Shown in pieces: positions 1 through 11,765 of a stretch of DNA of 64,000 nucleotides (positions are counted from its first letter, which is position 1; each line of letters begins with the position of its first letter). The notes under the pieces were generated by a model, which worked only from the letters and a program-made list of their open reading frames with translations, was not told where the DNA came from and searched no databases. Origin of the DNA: Phoronis australis (lineage: Eukaryota > Animalia > Phoronida); contig NMRA01000090.1 of NCBI GenBank assembly GCA_002633005.1, positions 854,736 to 918,735 on the forward strand, written 5' to 3'. A program made the translations under genes and the position numbers.

Positions 1-56
1 GACCGGTGGGGTGGGGGGTATATTTACTACTCAAACAAAATAGACGTACCATATAG

Positions 57-213
57 CAGTGGCGGATTTAGAGGGGGCTTAGGAGGCCATGCCCCCCCTA
101 AAACTCTCCCAGATTCCATTTGGCAATTCGGGGGTGCGCCGTTTGACGAGCAAAATCCTGGCTAGTACTTTGCCTTGCTCCCCCCCTAAATAAAAATCCT
201 GGATCCGCCCCTG
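57..213. mobile_element. hAT-like MITE (~157 bp)
   Basis: Imperfect TIRs CAGTGGCGGATTTAG ... CTGGATCCGCCCCTG, G/C-run interior, flanks CCATATAG / CTATATAA resembling a degenerate 8-bp TSD. Confidence 0.65.
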
Positions 214-754
214 CTATATAAGGGCTTATGTGTCATTGAATGCTCAAATTTCAAATTTTTGGAAATAAGCCTTTCTCGAGTTTGGCGACGCTTCACTTGA
301 TGAAGGCCGTGTCGAATTCTCGTGGCATATAATTTAAAATTGTCTAAATTAAAAGTTCTAATGATGCTTTCCGTCTTGTACGATTCCGTTGGTCGGCTGA
401 AACCCAAAAGGACCTAGTTAAATCCCAATTCTAATACAAATGGGTGATATGTTCTCGGTAGCTTTTTTCACAAAATGTACGCAATTCGGTATTTATAACT
501 CAGATATCTTAATGTGTATAAAATATGGGTCAATTGATGATAGTCTATAAACTCAGTTTGTAGATATCACCAATTGCATGATCTGAAACCATTTCAATCT
601 AGCACCCCACAGCTAGGTTCAGTACTAAAAGGACACTAATTGAAAATTGCATTAGATGTAAACCCACAAGCTTCATGGTACGCTGTGCCAACAACTATAC
701 ATTTAATGCAAAAAACCAGAAAACTCGCTGAAGAAAGTAGGCCAACTAGTCATC

Positions 755-1314
755 TTGGACGAGCTAGAGCTCATCAGTCCCGACTTCGCAGGTGCGGGAT
801 CGTTAAGATTTACAGGCTATCAATTCGAACAGGAATACAATGATGAAGAAATACTAGAGAGGCACCGGGAACAACCTCAGGCACTGAACCGAACGCATGG
901 AGTTATTTGGTAAGCCGGCATTCGTCAAGCCACTGTCGACGTACGTCTGCAGGCCACAGAAACGGGAATGTTTTACGGCCTCATACTCGCTATTTACAGT
1001 GTACATTTCATTCTTCACTACCATTAGCCACTTCCTAAGCATTTCGGACTCTCGAGGAAGTAAAAAAACGATATACTCGCTTTCCTCGCAGCTGCTTAGT
1101 TCGGACAAGCGGGAACGATGCACCGCAACATATAACGGCATTCACTCTGCATATGAACCGCTGACGTCGCTAGCGTCGTTTCTCACCTTCTTCACAGGTT
1201 AACGCGACACCTCTTGGCAAGGTAAGGTCGACCGTGTGCGAGGCGACTGATGTGGATATAGACCGATTAAGACGGCAAAAAAGACTAATTAAATCGGGTG
1301 GCATTCTCCTTTAA
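755..1314 (+). mobile_element. Kolobok-like non-autonomous DNA transposon fragment, copy 1
   Basis: Closely similar to 53270-53782; both copies end identically at ...GGGTGGCATTCTCCT|TTAA; contains decayed coding remnant YQFEQEYNDEEILER. Confidence 0.6.
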
Positions 1315-2237
1315 GTAAGCACGGCTTTCAAAGAGATAATTTCAGGTGCAGCATTTTTGACAGACGAGGTGGAATCAAGAATTCGGTGTTTGAATGTCGG
1401 CTACCACCTTTTAAAAATGCACGCCGGGTGAGATTAGTGCAGAAACTGAGGAGTATTGATAGACCCGAGGGGCTACATGTATACATGTCATGGTGTCAAC
1501 TGGACAATAATTGCGGTGAGCACTGATATGAGTAGGCCTACTAAGACTGCGATAAGGCCGGGACAGCGTCGTAATGCATTGCAAGTTGAGTACTAAGGAA
1601 TTACGCGATCCGTGTCCTTGTTGGGAGGCCTAGCATTCGCTGCTAAGTTACTCCGCCTTATTATGAGCCATGACAGGTTGAGGTTGGGCCGTGTTGTCCG
1701 CTAGATTTCAGTCACAGAAAGGTATGTGCCGCTACCGCCGGCGTGCAGTGGCAGCTGAGGCCTGAGGTGCGCTGTGGTTTGTACCTCAGTGCCCGGCCTC
1801 CGTAACCTGGCAGGCTGGGTGCGAGACTATCGCCATCGCAGACCCTAGCTCCATTCAACATCCTGACGTCAGAGTGTGGTCCTGCATGGGTACCACTCCG
1901 CTATGGCTATGCGAGTCGTTCATGAATGAATGTCTGCCACCTAATTTGTTCATGCTTGGGGCCTGCATGCAACCTGACCTTGGCTAGCGTCTGAATACTG
2001 TCAAGAGATCAGTAGCTATTTCGCGACTAGAAAAATCTAGCCTGACTGAAAACCACTTGCTGTCATTTGAAATATACGGCAATATCTCACGTAACCTCTA
2101 GCAGTCCTGCTGTTTAGCGAGTTCTAGTCTATGTCCTAACCGTTGACAGAACTCTTCCCTCCTTGACATATATATATTAACTGGTTTGACCTACTTTTTC
2201 ACAAAACATTGTTTGGCTTCGCTGCAGAAAATCACCC

Positions 2238-5200
2238 ATGGCTCACAACGAAGAGGAATATCAGAAGACTTTTCCGCAACCGGAACTCGATGCTGCGTTC
2301 ACAAAAGGGCGATTTGTGAACAAGGTCGTTATTGTAACGGGTGGAACGAGTGGTATTGGTCGTGCAACTGCTGAAAGGTTTGGGTAAGGGTCGCATGCAT
2401 ATACTGCATGTATATGACTACAGATTTACTGAAATGGCATTCCTCTAGCCTACTACCTCGGGCGCGCGAATGGTCGAGGCCTGTGAGGGCTTTTGGGTTG
2501 GCCAGGATCCCTAGGCCAGCGGGTTTCATTCACTATATGCACATTTAAAGCGGCTGAGTCCAAAACAACTTAATCAGTCTAACTGCCCTTCACTGGGGTC
2601 AATTCTACCAGGGATTATAGTATCCGGAGCCCCTTTGGCGGGGGAACTCTCGTGATGACTCGAAGAAATATGGGTCATGATAATATAAGGCTAATGGTTT
2701 TCACCAAAGTACATCATGTGTACACTAAGTTGCCTGAAGGTCGACACGGGAAGTGTAGTTTCACTGGCCAGGCGTGTTTTTGCGAAAATAAAAGAAAAAG
2801 AAAAACTGACATTCAATCATGATTTCGCCAAAAAATCCCCCNAGTCACGGTGTCAGTTGTCGGAAATAAATACGGTGCAAATTCTTGCAAAAGTGTTATC
2901 TCTCACTGTGACGGTTGCCATTGATGCCGTTCAGTTTTGTTGAATTTATTTCGACCTCTGGCGAACACTTTACACTCTTGGCTCCACAAACGACCACTAA
3001 GAGTAGGCCCCTGAGGCAAGTTCTTGCATTACGGCGTTTTCCCGTTGGTCCCAACTTGTTCGATTCTATAGCCCAACAACAAGTTGGGAAGTTTACCCCT
3101 GTAGCCAATATCTTACACGACTGATTAACTCCATTCTGGCATATATGGTTGGTGGGCCAGCTCTCTTTTGTTCGATAATTGCTCTAATCTCCGATAAGAT
3201 CTTATCTGATACCCCGACTGGGCTGTGCTGTTAAAATAAAAGTTAAGTTATAACTTATTTGAACATAAACCAATAGCATTTCTGAAAGCTTCGTCAAATG
3301 GTGATCATGTTTAGTTTTTGAATCGCCCAACTCCAACCGAAGTTACGACAATCTATTCTTTCCGAATACACCCAATTCACTCTGAGTTTGACTGTGTTCA
3401 CTCGTGGTCTGTAATAAGCCTGGTAGATAATTGGCCTGCTTGTTGCCATAACAGACAAAAGAGTGGGCTTGGCAGTTAACAAAAAAGCTAGATGTTATCA
3501 CACGCTCAGAACCCCCTACGTCTAGTAATGTCACTGAACGTGAAAACGGTGTCAAGCTAACGCCTGCGCAAGCCGTTCCCAAGTAGGCTTCCCAATTTTC
3601 TGTTTGACTGCACTGAATTTTAGATATGAAAACATTCAGAAAATCCGATAATCTTGTGTTTCAATGAAAAAGTATTTCTCTTCAGCAATGATGGCGCCAC
3701 AGTTGCCATACTCGCTCGTAACGCCGACAGAGGAGATGTTGTGGCAGCCGAGCTCCGACGTGACGGGAAGAACATTCGCTTCTACCAGTGTGACGTCACC
3801 CAGAAGGACCAATGCAAGCAAGCCGTCCAGCAGGTTGCTAAAGACAACGGTGGAAAGATTCATTTTCTTGTGAACAACCACGCCGTCTTCAATAGCAGCA
3901 GCAGCGAGGTTGGTGTTGGAATAAGGAGTTCGGGTGAGTTACGTATCTTTGTCAGAAAGGAACACGCCATCTCTGCATTAATTGGCCCCGAGAATGGTTC
4001 CCACAACATTGCGCTGTGCAAATTAATTGATACCGATCTCGAACGAGTGGTTAAAAACAAAAGAAGCCCACTGGATTCATTGGGGAGAAAACTCATTTTG
4101 GGGGATTGTTGATTGGGATAAACTTTTTAAGTTGTCATCTTTGATCATAGACAGTGACCACTGTCTCTAGCTGGCCCCAGTCAGACGGGGAAGCTCGCTT
4201 TTCCGCGAATTATGCCTCACATTGATTAAAACATCAAATGCACGTTATTACTTTTGCGTGCCATGCCACTGGTCAATTTTCGAGTCGAGTTTTGTGTAAA
4301 GAGATTAAATACCTGTGCCCGGTTGCAACTTCCCTAAATCTACTGCGTATTTGAGGGTTTGTGAAACCACTGATTGTCCTTTCTTGTGCTGTTTGAGTCT
4401 CATCACTCACTAGGCCAATTTTTGGCTTTGATACAAGTCGAGAGTGAACTCTACGTCGAATTCTCAGTATTATTGAAAATAAATAGGGATCGTTTCATGC
4501 AACGCCCCTGATTTAAGGACTATGTCCCTAATTGTCTTGACTGAAATAAGGGCTCAGTTTTTGTCTATATTATTAGAAAATGTCATTTGTCAAAGAGGAC
4601 CTCGTAACCAAGGTAACATGATAGAAGAACATTACGTAAGTGAGTTATAAACGAGAGAAATATGCAAAACATTTAGGGAACTTAGTTGAGACCCTAATAG
4701 GGACTGTTTCTCGCAACCGGCCATCTGTACCTGGCCCAAGTTTCACACATAACATACAAGACTCTCAAATTTACTGTATCGTTCCCGTGTTCGCTTTCCC
4801 TAGCATACATCTTGTCATTGGGCTATGTGGTAATTTCGTTTCGGGTCTTGTTTGAAATACAGAAGCCACTGCCCGTGTTTAACACAGATCTCTCCTTCTT
4901 TTCTAGAGAACATTGTCGACCTTCCTATGGAAAAGTTGCAAAACATCCTATGTGGTAACATCGTTGGCACTGCCAATATGGTGCAAGCCTGTTACCCTTT
5001 TATGAAGAACGGTGAGTGTTTCGTTATTCTGTATCCTGTCGCCGTTAAAGACGTCACTTTATGTGCCAAAAAGATTATTTTGCAGTATAAACATAGCCGT
5101 GGACAGTTTGTGGGTGTCTCATTCATTCAGTTGTGCGTGCACGAAGCGTGGTGAGCTTTCAACCTAGGCTGATAGTTTCTGCAGCAGTACATGTAGATCA

Positions 5201-6691
5201 TTTGAAAATTTAACTGTTGTCAGACGTCATAGCGTTGATTTTGAGGTGACTCTTTTGCTGTTACAGATGGCAAGAATTGCGCCATAGTCAATATACTGTC
5301 AATACGTGCCCATAACGCTTGCCTGGAGAGCTCCCCTTATACTACAGCCAAGGCCGGGCTGGCCATGTTCACCAAATGCGCGGCACTTGACCTCGCTTCA
5401 ACTGGCATCCGTGTCAACTCTGTTAGTCCCGGCTATATATGGACGCCCCGTGTAAGTTAGACTGTAGCGAGCGTGTTCTCCAATGCAGTTTTTCCATAGA
5501 TGTGACTTTTCACTACATAAGACTTCGAATCGCGGAGGTGACCAACTGTAGCAGTGATCTTGGCTGTATAGTGTATTGATTTTTCTCTCATAACGACTTG
5601 AGACAATCAAAATTTTACGCGGAGTGTTGTTTAATATACATGTATATGTTGGCTGAATACAGACGATAGTGATTGGTGGTGGAAGTTGTTTGAATTGTTT
5701 TGAAATCCAGTGTACATTGGCTGATCTTGGTCGGGTAGTCTAAAGAAAGATTCAACCAACAAATCTAGATAGGCGTAGGAAGGTAGATAGACACAGGAAG
5801 GATAGGCGCAGTAGTGATTCTGTAGATAGACGTACTAAGGGGTTTCTGTAGATAGGCGCTAGAGGGCCTCTGTAGATAGGCGCTGGAGGGTCTCTGTAGG
5901 TAGGCGCTGGAGAGATTTTGTAGATGAGCCTAGGAAGGATTTTGACGACATAACTCCATTACAGCAATACAAAAATGGCTGATCGGGAGGGTGAGACGTG
6001 CAGTGACCAGTTACATGAAACATTTCCAAATGGGTATTCAACTAAGTTCTCTGAATCTTCTGCGAGTATGTATCTGAGTTAAATAAAAAAAAATTCCAAC
6101 AACTTATCATTATTATAGGCCCCTCTATGACCAATGACATTTCTTATAATGCATCTGAATTTGAGCCTTTATTTCAATGGAAATTGATAGGGACTTAGTC
6201 CTTAACTAGGGGCGTTGCATAATGAAGATCCTTTATCGGATTTTCAATAATGTTAAGAATTCAAGGCAGAGCTTACTTTCGATGTGTATGAAAACTAAAA
6301 AGGACTCTGTAACGAAGATGACACAGCATTAAAAAAATTGTGGTAAAGCGTTAGGGAGCATTGTTGAATCCCTATACATACTGGTTTGTTTCTTGCAACC
6401 GAGCACGCACGGGTTCCTTTGATCCCCACTGGATCTGCGTCTGTCTTCATGGAAATACATTTTGGGATCTGGTCTTTTTTATTGCAGCTTCAGACCGTGG
6501 TGGGTAATCGTGAGACAGCGGAGAAATTCGTTTTGCGGTTGCACATGTCGCGACGTCTCATCGAGGCGGCTGGCGTGGCGTCGGCTGTTGCCTTTCTGTG
6601 CAGCCAAGATGCCATGTACATAGATGGCGCCGACATACCCGTGGACTGCGGGAATTCCGCTATGGGTCCCGAGGGACTAGGCGACCACTGA
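2238..6691 (+). CDS. Classical short-chain dehydrogenase/reductase (SDR), ~295 aa, 5 coding exons
   Basis: Exons 2238-2383, 3686-3933, 4907-5011, 5267-5451, 6488-6691; all GT-AG and phase-consistent. Motifs: TGGTSGIG (TGxxxGxG), CDVT, LVNNHA, VNILS, YTTAK (YxxxK), GIRVNSVSPG, VAFLCS, and C-terminal IPVDCGNSAMGPEG. An acceptor at 2227 upstream of the ATG suggests a non-coding first exon (candidate donor AAG|GTATGT at 1721). Confidence 0.9.
4487..4716. mobile_element. MITE (Harbinger-like TIR), also present at ~27060-27303 (inverted) and partially at ~6185-6230
   Basis: Ends GGGATCGTTTCATGCAAC / GTTTCTCGCAACCGGCC; the block GGACTATGTCCCTA recurs as its reverse complement (TAGGGAC..AGTCC...GTTGCAT) at ~6188 and ~27259. 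Confidence 0.5.
5820..5935. repeat. Degenerate ~21-24 bp minisatellite (GTAGATAGGCGCT..AGGG.CTCT) in SDR intron 4
   Basis: About 5 visible imperfect tandem copies. Confidence 0.65.
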
Positions 6692-6959
6692 AGGCAAACC
6701 CAGTCTAATNNNNNNNNNNNNNNNNNNNNNNNNNNNNNNNNNNNCCCCCCCCCCCCAACTGAAAAGAGAGCTAACTGTGCTTGATCGGTTGAAACGCTGT
6801 TGTATGATAAGTTTTCTCTGCATGTGGTGACATCGTTGCATAAGTCAAGTGGCAAATTGTTATGTGTCGAGGCTGAGAATGGAAATTGATGGACTTTTCA
6901 GCCATTGCGGATAATTATCAGAATGGGAAGGCTAGAAAACACAAGATAATTGGGACCGG

Positions 6960-8010
6960 TTGACGACGGAACCTGACCCACTGTGCATCACTGCGGCCTC
7001 CAACTTCCTTCACTCCCACGGTACCACAGCAAACATGATATTCTCTCAGCTGTCTCGCTCAGTCTTCTAATTGCAACTTCCTTGCCTCTCACCCACACAC
7101 GTATCTTCTCCAGAAAACACCACACAAATTTTGCTGGAAACCTTCTGCATCCCACCCCTACAGGAAACAACCAAGTCCGCCAACCTCTAGCTCTGCATGT
7201 CTTCGCCAGCTCACTGTACTTTGATAACTTCATCTCATGAGCTTCTCTGCATCCTTCCTCCCATAGAACGTTTAGCTCTATAGTAAAAATACGCTGATGA
7301 GCTTCCGACCACAGAATTGTGTCAGGCTCCCGCGTTGTTTCCACAATACTAGAGAACACCGGCTTCCTTCCCATATTTAATCTCATCTCCCAGCTTACTC
7401 CATCCAGGATGCAGGATGCAGGGCTGCTCAAATGATCTGACAAAATGGATGTGTTGGCTACTTGCCTGGGGCTGAGTCGCTCCTGTCTTGCGCTCTCCAT
7501 CTACGATGTCTGCAGTGGTCTTCAGTACTTGGTCGTGACGCCATCTGTATCGATCCTGCTAAAGTGCTACTGTATCTTACACCCTCATAGGATGAGGGCA
7601 AATGTACCCTTCCTCGATCCACACAACTGACAGTTTGGGTCGTCCACTAAGCCCCGGCGTAGAAAGTAAGTTGGGGATGCTAACACCTCGTAGACAGAGC
7701 GAAGCAGAAACTGAATGCTCATCGACTTCATACGCTTCTCGTTATCTTCTCCTGGTCCATGCTCCATGATGGCTCAGTTGGACTGCCTTCCTCTGGTGAT
7801 CTCATCTCATCTCAGCTTGCACCATCTCCCTCCGCAGTCTCTCATTCATCTTCTGCCATTGTTGGAATGGACATGTCCCCCAACCATTATTGTCTTACAC
7901 AGGTGTTACCAATGACATCTCCGATCTGTAGCAAACTCTCTGCCTGGCTCACAGACGGTGTCCGCTGACCACCGTCTCCCTCATCTTGTCATGACGTCTT
8001 GGCACTCGAT
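6960..8010 (-). mobile_element. R2-superfamily (HERO-like) non-LTR retrotransposon, 3' part with zinc knuckle and restriction-like endonuclease, decayed
   Basis: Minus-strand translations: IQFLLRSVYEVL, CQLCGSRKGT, a WRHDQVL-like stretch, REPDTILWSE...IELNVLWEE..EAHEMKLSKYSELAKTCRARGW...PVGVGCRRF. These match REL motifs (RPD, ELTVPWE, K..KY, EVGCRGF). Frameshifts and stops are present. Confidence 0.85.
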
Positions 8011-8049
8011 GGAGTTGTTAATTGATGGAATGTCTTCGCCTCTACATCC

Positions 8050-8680
8050 TAAAGAACTGCATCCGAAATTTACTTGGAATTCCAATCGGATAAAGGGAAC
8101 TGAGTTTCCAGTCAAAGGTCATTAAGTGCAAAAGTTATTTTTTAACTGCACCTTTCATAATCATGCATATGTTTACCATTCATGAACAAAGTTCAGTCAC
8201 AAAGTTCGGGGTCACTAGGTGCAACTTAGGGGTCATTATGTGCAGTTTTCTGTTAAATTTAAGACTTTTTCAATCAGCTTGTACTTAAATGATCCATTAG
8301 GTAGAGTGTTCAAATTCATGGCGGTTCAACTAATTGCCGATCAAATTCTATTGATTACATGGATTTGAATCGAAATATGCCGAAACGGGTCAATGAGTGC
8401 ATAACATCAAATTGCTTAGTCTTGGAAAGGTTTTTGGACCCTCTCCGAATTTGGATAACAGGCAGGCACTAGAGAAGTGCATCCGAAATTTACGTGACAT
8501 TTAAATCGGATCAAGGGAACCGAGATTCCGGGTCAAAGGTCATTAAGTGCAAAAGTGATTTTTGAGCTAAACCTTTCGTAATCGCATATATCATCGTCAT
8601 TTATAAAGAAAATTCAGTCACAATCTTTGGGGTCATTAGGTGAAACTGTGGGGGTTATTAAGTGCAGTTTTCCATTTCAC
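8050..8680. repeat. Diverged two-unit direct repeat (~420 bp period) between the retrotransposon fragments
   Basis: TGCATCCGAAATTTAC...CGGAT.AAGGGAAC...GTCAAAGGTCATTAAGTGCAAAAGT occurs at ~8058 and ~8478, with continued similarity for ~190 bp. Confidence 0.75.
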
Positions 8681-8959
8681 TCTTGCTCTTTCATAGTTAC
8701 CAGGGCAGCTCTCTCTTTGACACAAAGGATCCAAGTTCTATGCAATGGGTCTCGCTCTCGACTGGTTTATGCACACTAGTTTGAAAAGGCTTAGCCTGGT
8801 CACACAGTTTGTGTCATAAAAGAGCCCATGATAACTCCAGCTGACCCTGCAAGTAGAACTACTCTCATTGGTGTAGACTGACAGTTGAAGTGTGGTTTTC
8901 TGTTGAGCCCAGACCGTCCGGAGTTGCACCATATACCAACTCCAGACAGTCTCTCTTGA

Positions 8960-9610
8960 CAGTTTAGCGTTATGAGTGGTCAAGGTGAATCCGGCTGTTA
9001 ACCACTGTCTCGCCTCTCATTATCAGGAGTCTGCACTTCCTGAGCTTGAAATTCACGGGAGCCCATGTTGCAACATCATCCAGTGCTGTCAACACCATGC
9101 TTCACGGTACGTCGTTATGGTCAAATTGTCCATCAACGGCTCTAATTCAGGTACCACCTTACCGGACTGTAGCCTCGGGTCTCTGCATTCTCTTTTCCCG
9201 GCCTTTATCAGAAATTTCATCCCCATGACGAACAAAGTAGGGGAGACGATACATCCAGTTACAATGTCTGTAGCGATGGCACCTGCACTAAACTTCAACC
9301 ATACACATGTCGGGTCTTTCTTTTTCGATTTGGTCTCCCTGAACAGCTGGTTGAAGACACTCGTGTGTTTAACACAATCAGAGAAACCCGGCAGGGATTC
9401 TTCCTTTTAGGAAGGATGTGTATATGTACTTGTCTAAGAGATGGGATGTCATCTTGCATTCTACACTCAGCATTGATATTGTTCTGAACTGGCTGATCAA
9501 AGCCGAGTCCTATATAGACTTGAGAACAGAACACCCCTCCGCAACCTTCCAGCCAGCCAGTAACGTTTTATGGCGGCGTACAATCCGGCCGATGTTAATG
9601 TTTGTGTAAT
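8960..9610 (-). mobile_element. Decayed reverse-transcriptase fragment of a HERO-like non-LTR element
   Basis: Minus-strand pieces QFRTISMLSVECK-like, KHTSVFNQLFRETKSKKKDPTCVWL, IVTGCIVSPTLFVMGM, LMDNLTITT (decayed FMDD), LDDVATWAPVNFKLRKCR; frameshifted, with internal deletions. Confidence 0.8.
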
Positions 9611-10349
9611 GAGTAGCTGCACATACTGCCAGTGTTTCTTTTCTCAAAACAAAACTCAAGCAATTCATTATCAAACCATCCGATGACACTCAGCCGAAAT
9701 GGAAGAGACGAGGCTGAACAAAACAGCAGCCGGCCAGTCAGGACCAGTTGATGCACGTTCGCGGATGTAGGAGCGATTCATGCATGAGGACTGAATGGCT
9801 TTTAGTGTAACGTACAATAGAGATGGCGTGCGAGTCTTCAGTGTCATCTTTTATGTTGACGCCCTATTATGAATCCATCTGAATTCCGATATCAATCACA
9901 GTGAATGCATATTATGTATAGAAGACCAGGGTGAGATCCAATTTTTCCTTCATGTCCTATATTTCCATGAGTTGTGAGCCAGTGACTTGCTCTTATACAG
10001 ATATTAGAGCGCTTTGTCTACGTTAAACGCTTTCAAACACGAACGTGTGTGTCACCAGAGGCCACAGGTTCGCGCTGACGTATGCGTAAAGACCTTCGAC
10101 TACGTTCAACGCGAACCCGAATGGGTGAGTCACTATGAGGTCAAAGCGACACTGCTGGAGAACTGGGAAATAGGGACGACGTACCGGACTGGGTGAAAAC
10201 TGGGTATTCCAGGCATAAAATTCTTGGCTGTCACCAGTTGATTTCCTCTGACACCAATAGTGATTTTGAGCAACCTAATGCAGAAAAAAAAAAGATTTTT
10301 ATGTTCATTTTATATAAGATAGGGTTCCACCGACACTTAGCCTTTAATT

Positions 10350-11765
10350 CGCACAGCACAGCAGTATCAAGACATTCGACCTAAACAGCCAAAAATGTGA
10401 TAAATAAACAGTAGGATTAACTGCCATCGAAAAGGTGGAGTTTTGAAGAACGTGAATTACACAAAATGGCTGTTTCTGATGGCTGTTCATTAAATAATGT
10501 TATTTTTCCCTACAGTATCACAAGAATAGCACTTCTTTTTAAGAGCGTTTCTAGGAGTTGTTTGTTAGGAATTGGCACATGTCGAAAAGACTCGGGGCTA
10601 CGATTTGTGATGACCGTGTACATGTCGAAATGGGGGGTGCTCAAAGTACTCGCAATCGCAAACAAATATTTCAGCGTTTTTTTCCTTTGAAGTCCAAGTT
10701 CAACTCGTGAACCGTTATAGGTACTTCTGAAATGACAAAAAATACATGTTAATACGAATGGCCTCCGGAAAATTCGAGAAAATTTGTAAAGCGAAGCTTT
10801 TGCGGAGCATATTAAATCACTGGATTTTTTTCAAATTCAATAACGAAGCTTTGCAAATGCATAAATGTAAAATTATATATTTCATAGACCCGTCTCTAGC
10901 AAAGGATAACAAAGACAACTGTCGCTCTATTTTTCGCGTTTTTCTTTCTCTAAATTGTGTATCACTTGAGTAAATTGATGGCCTGGCAGATAACATCAAT
11001 TGCTGCGCATTTCCTGACTTGAAAATATAGATCTTTTCATCATTAGTCGTCCGGCTCTTGAAGAGGGCCATTGATGACATTCAAGTGGCCACCCTTTTCG
11101 TGTTTTCATTGGCAAATTCTTAAGGGGCCGCTCAGAAAGAGAGGGTCCAATATTAGAATCGATTATCTCCATTTTCTTGTTTTTTTTGTGAAATTGTACA
11201 TCCGGCTTTCATGCTGAGGAAGTCACTTCTTGCAAGGTCACCCGAAAATGGAATGAACTGTCGCTCTTTTGCAAGCTTAATGATACGTGTATTGATGTAC
11301 AGTAGGTGACCCATTTCAGACGGGACACCCTCTCGGTGAGGCAGATCGAGTGTCCCTCTATACATGTAAATCCGACACTGCCAAGTCGTCACGAGGGGAA
11401 GTTGACATTCCAAGTTCATCAAAAACACAAAACAACCGTGTACAGCATAGCAGTATCTTAACATTCGATCCAAACAACCAAAAATGTGAAAATACAATAG
11501 GATTGACCACAATCTAAAAATTGGAAATTTAAAGAACGTGAAGATCAATATTTGTGAGTTACACAAAAAGGCTACTTCCGATGGTTAGTAATAAATAATG
11601 TTAAATTTTTCCAATAGCATCGCAAGAATAGTGTTTCTTTTGAAGGTCGTTACTATTAACTGTTAGTCATGAATTCACAAATGTCGAAAAGACTGGGAGC
11701 TGGACCGTGTACATGTCGAACTGAGGTACTCAAAACACTCGCAAAATATTTCAGCATTTTTTTCG
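10350..11765 (+). repeat. Pair of diverged ~330 bp direct repeats (10350-10685 and 11440-11765)
   Basis: Collinear shared blocks: CCAAAAATGTGA, AAGAACGTGAA, TTACACAAAA, AAATAATGTTA, CAAGAATAG, ATGTCGAAAAGACT, GACCGTGTACATGTCGAA, AAATATTTCAGC. Confidence 0.75.
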
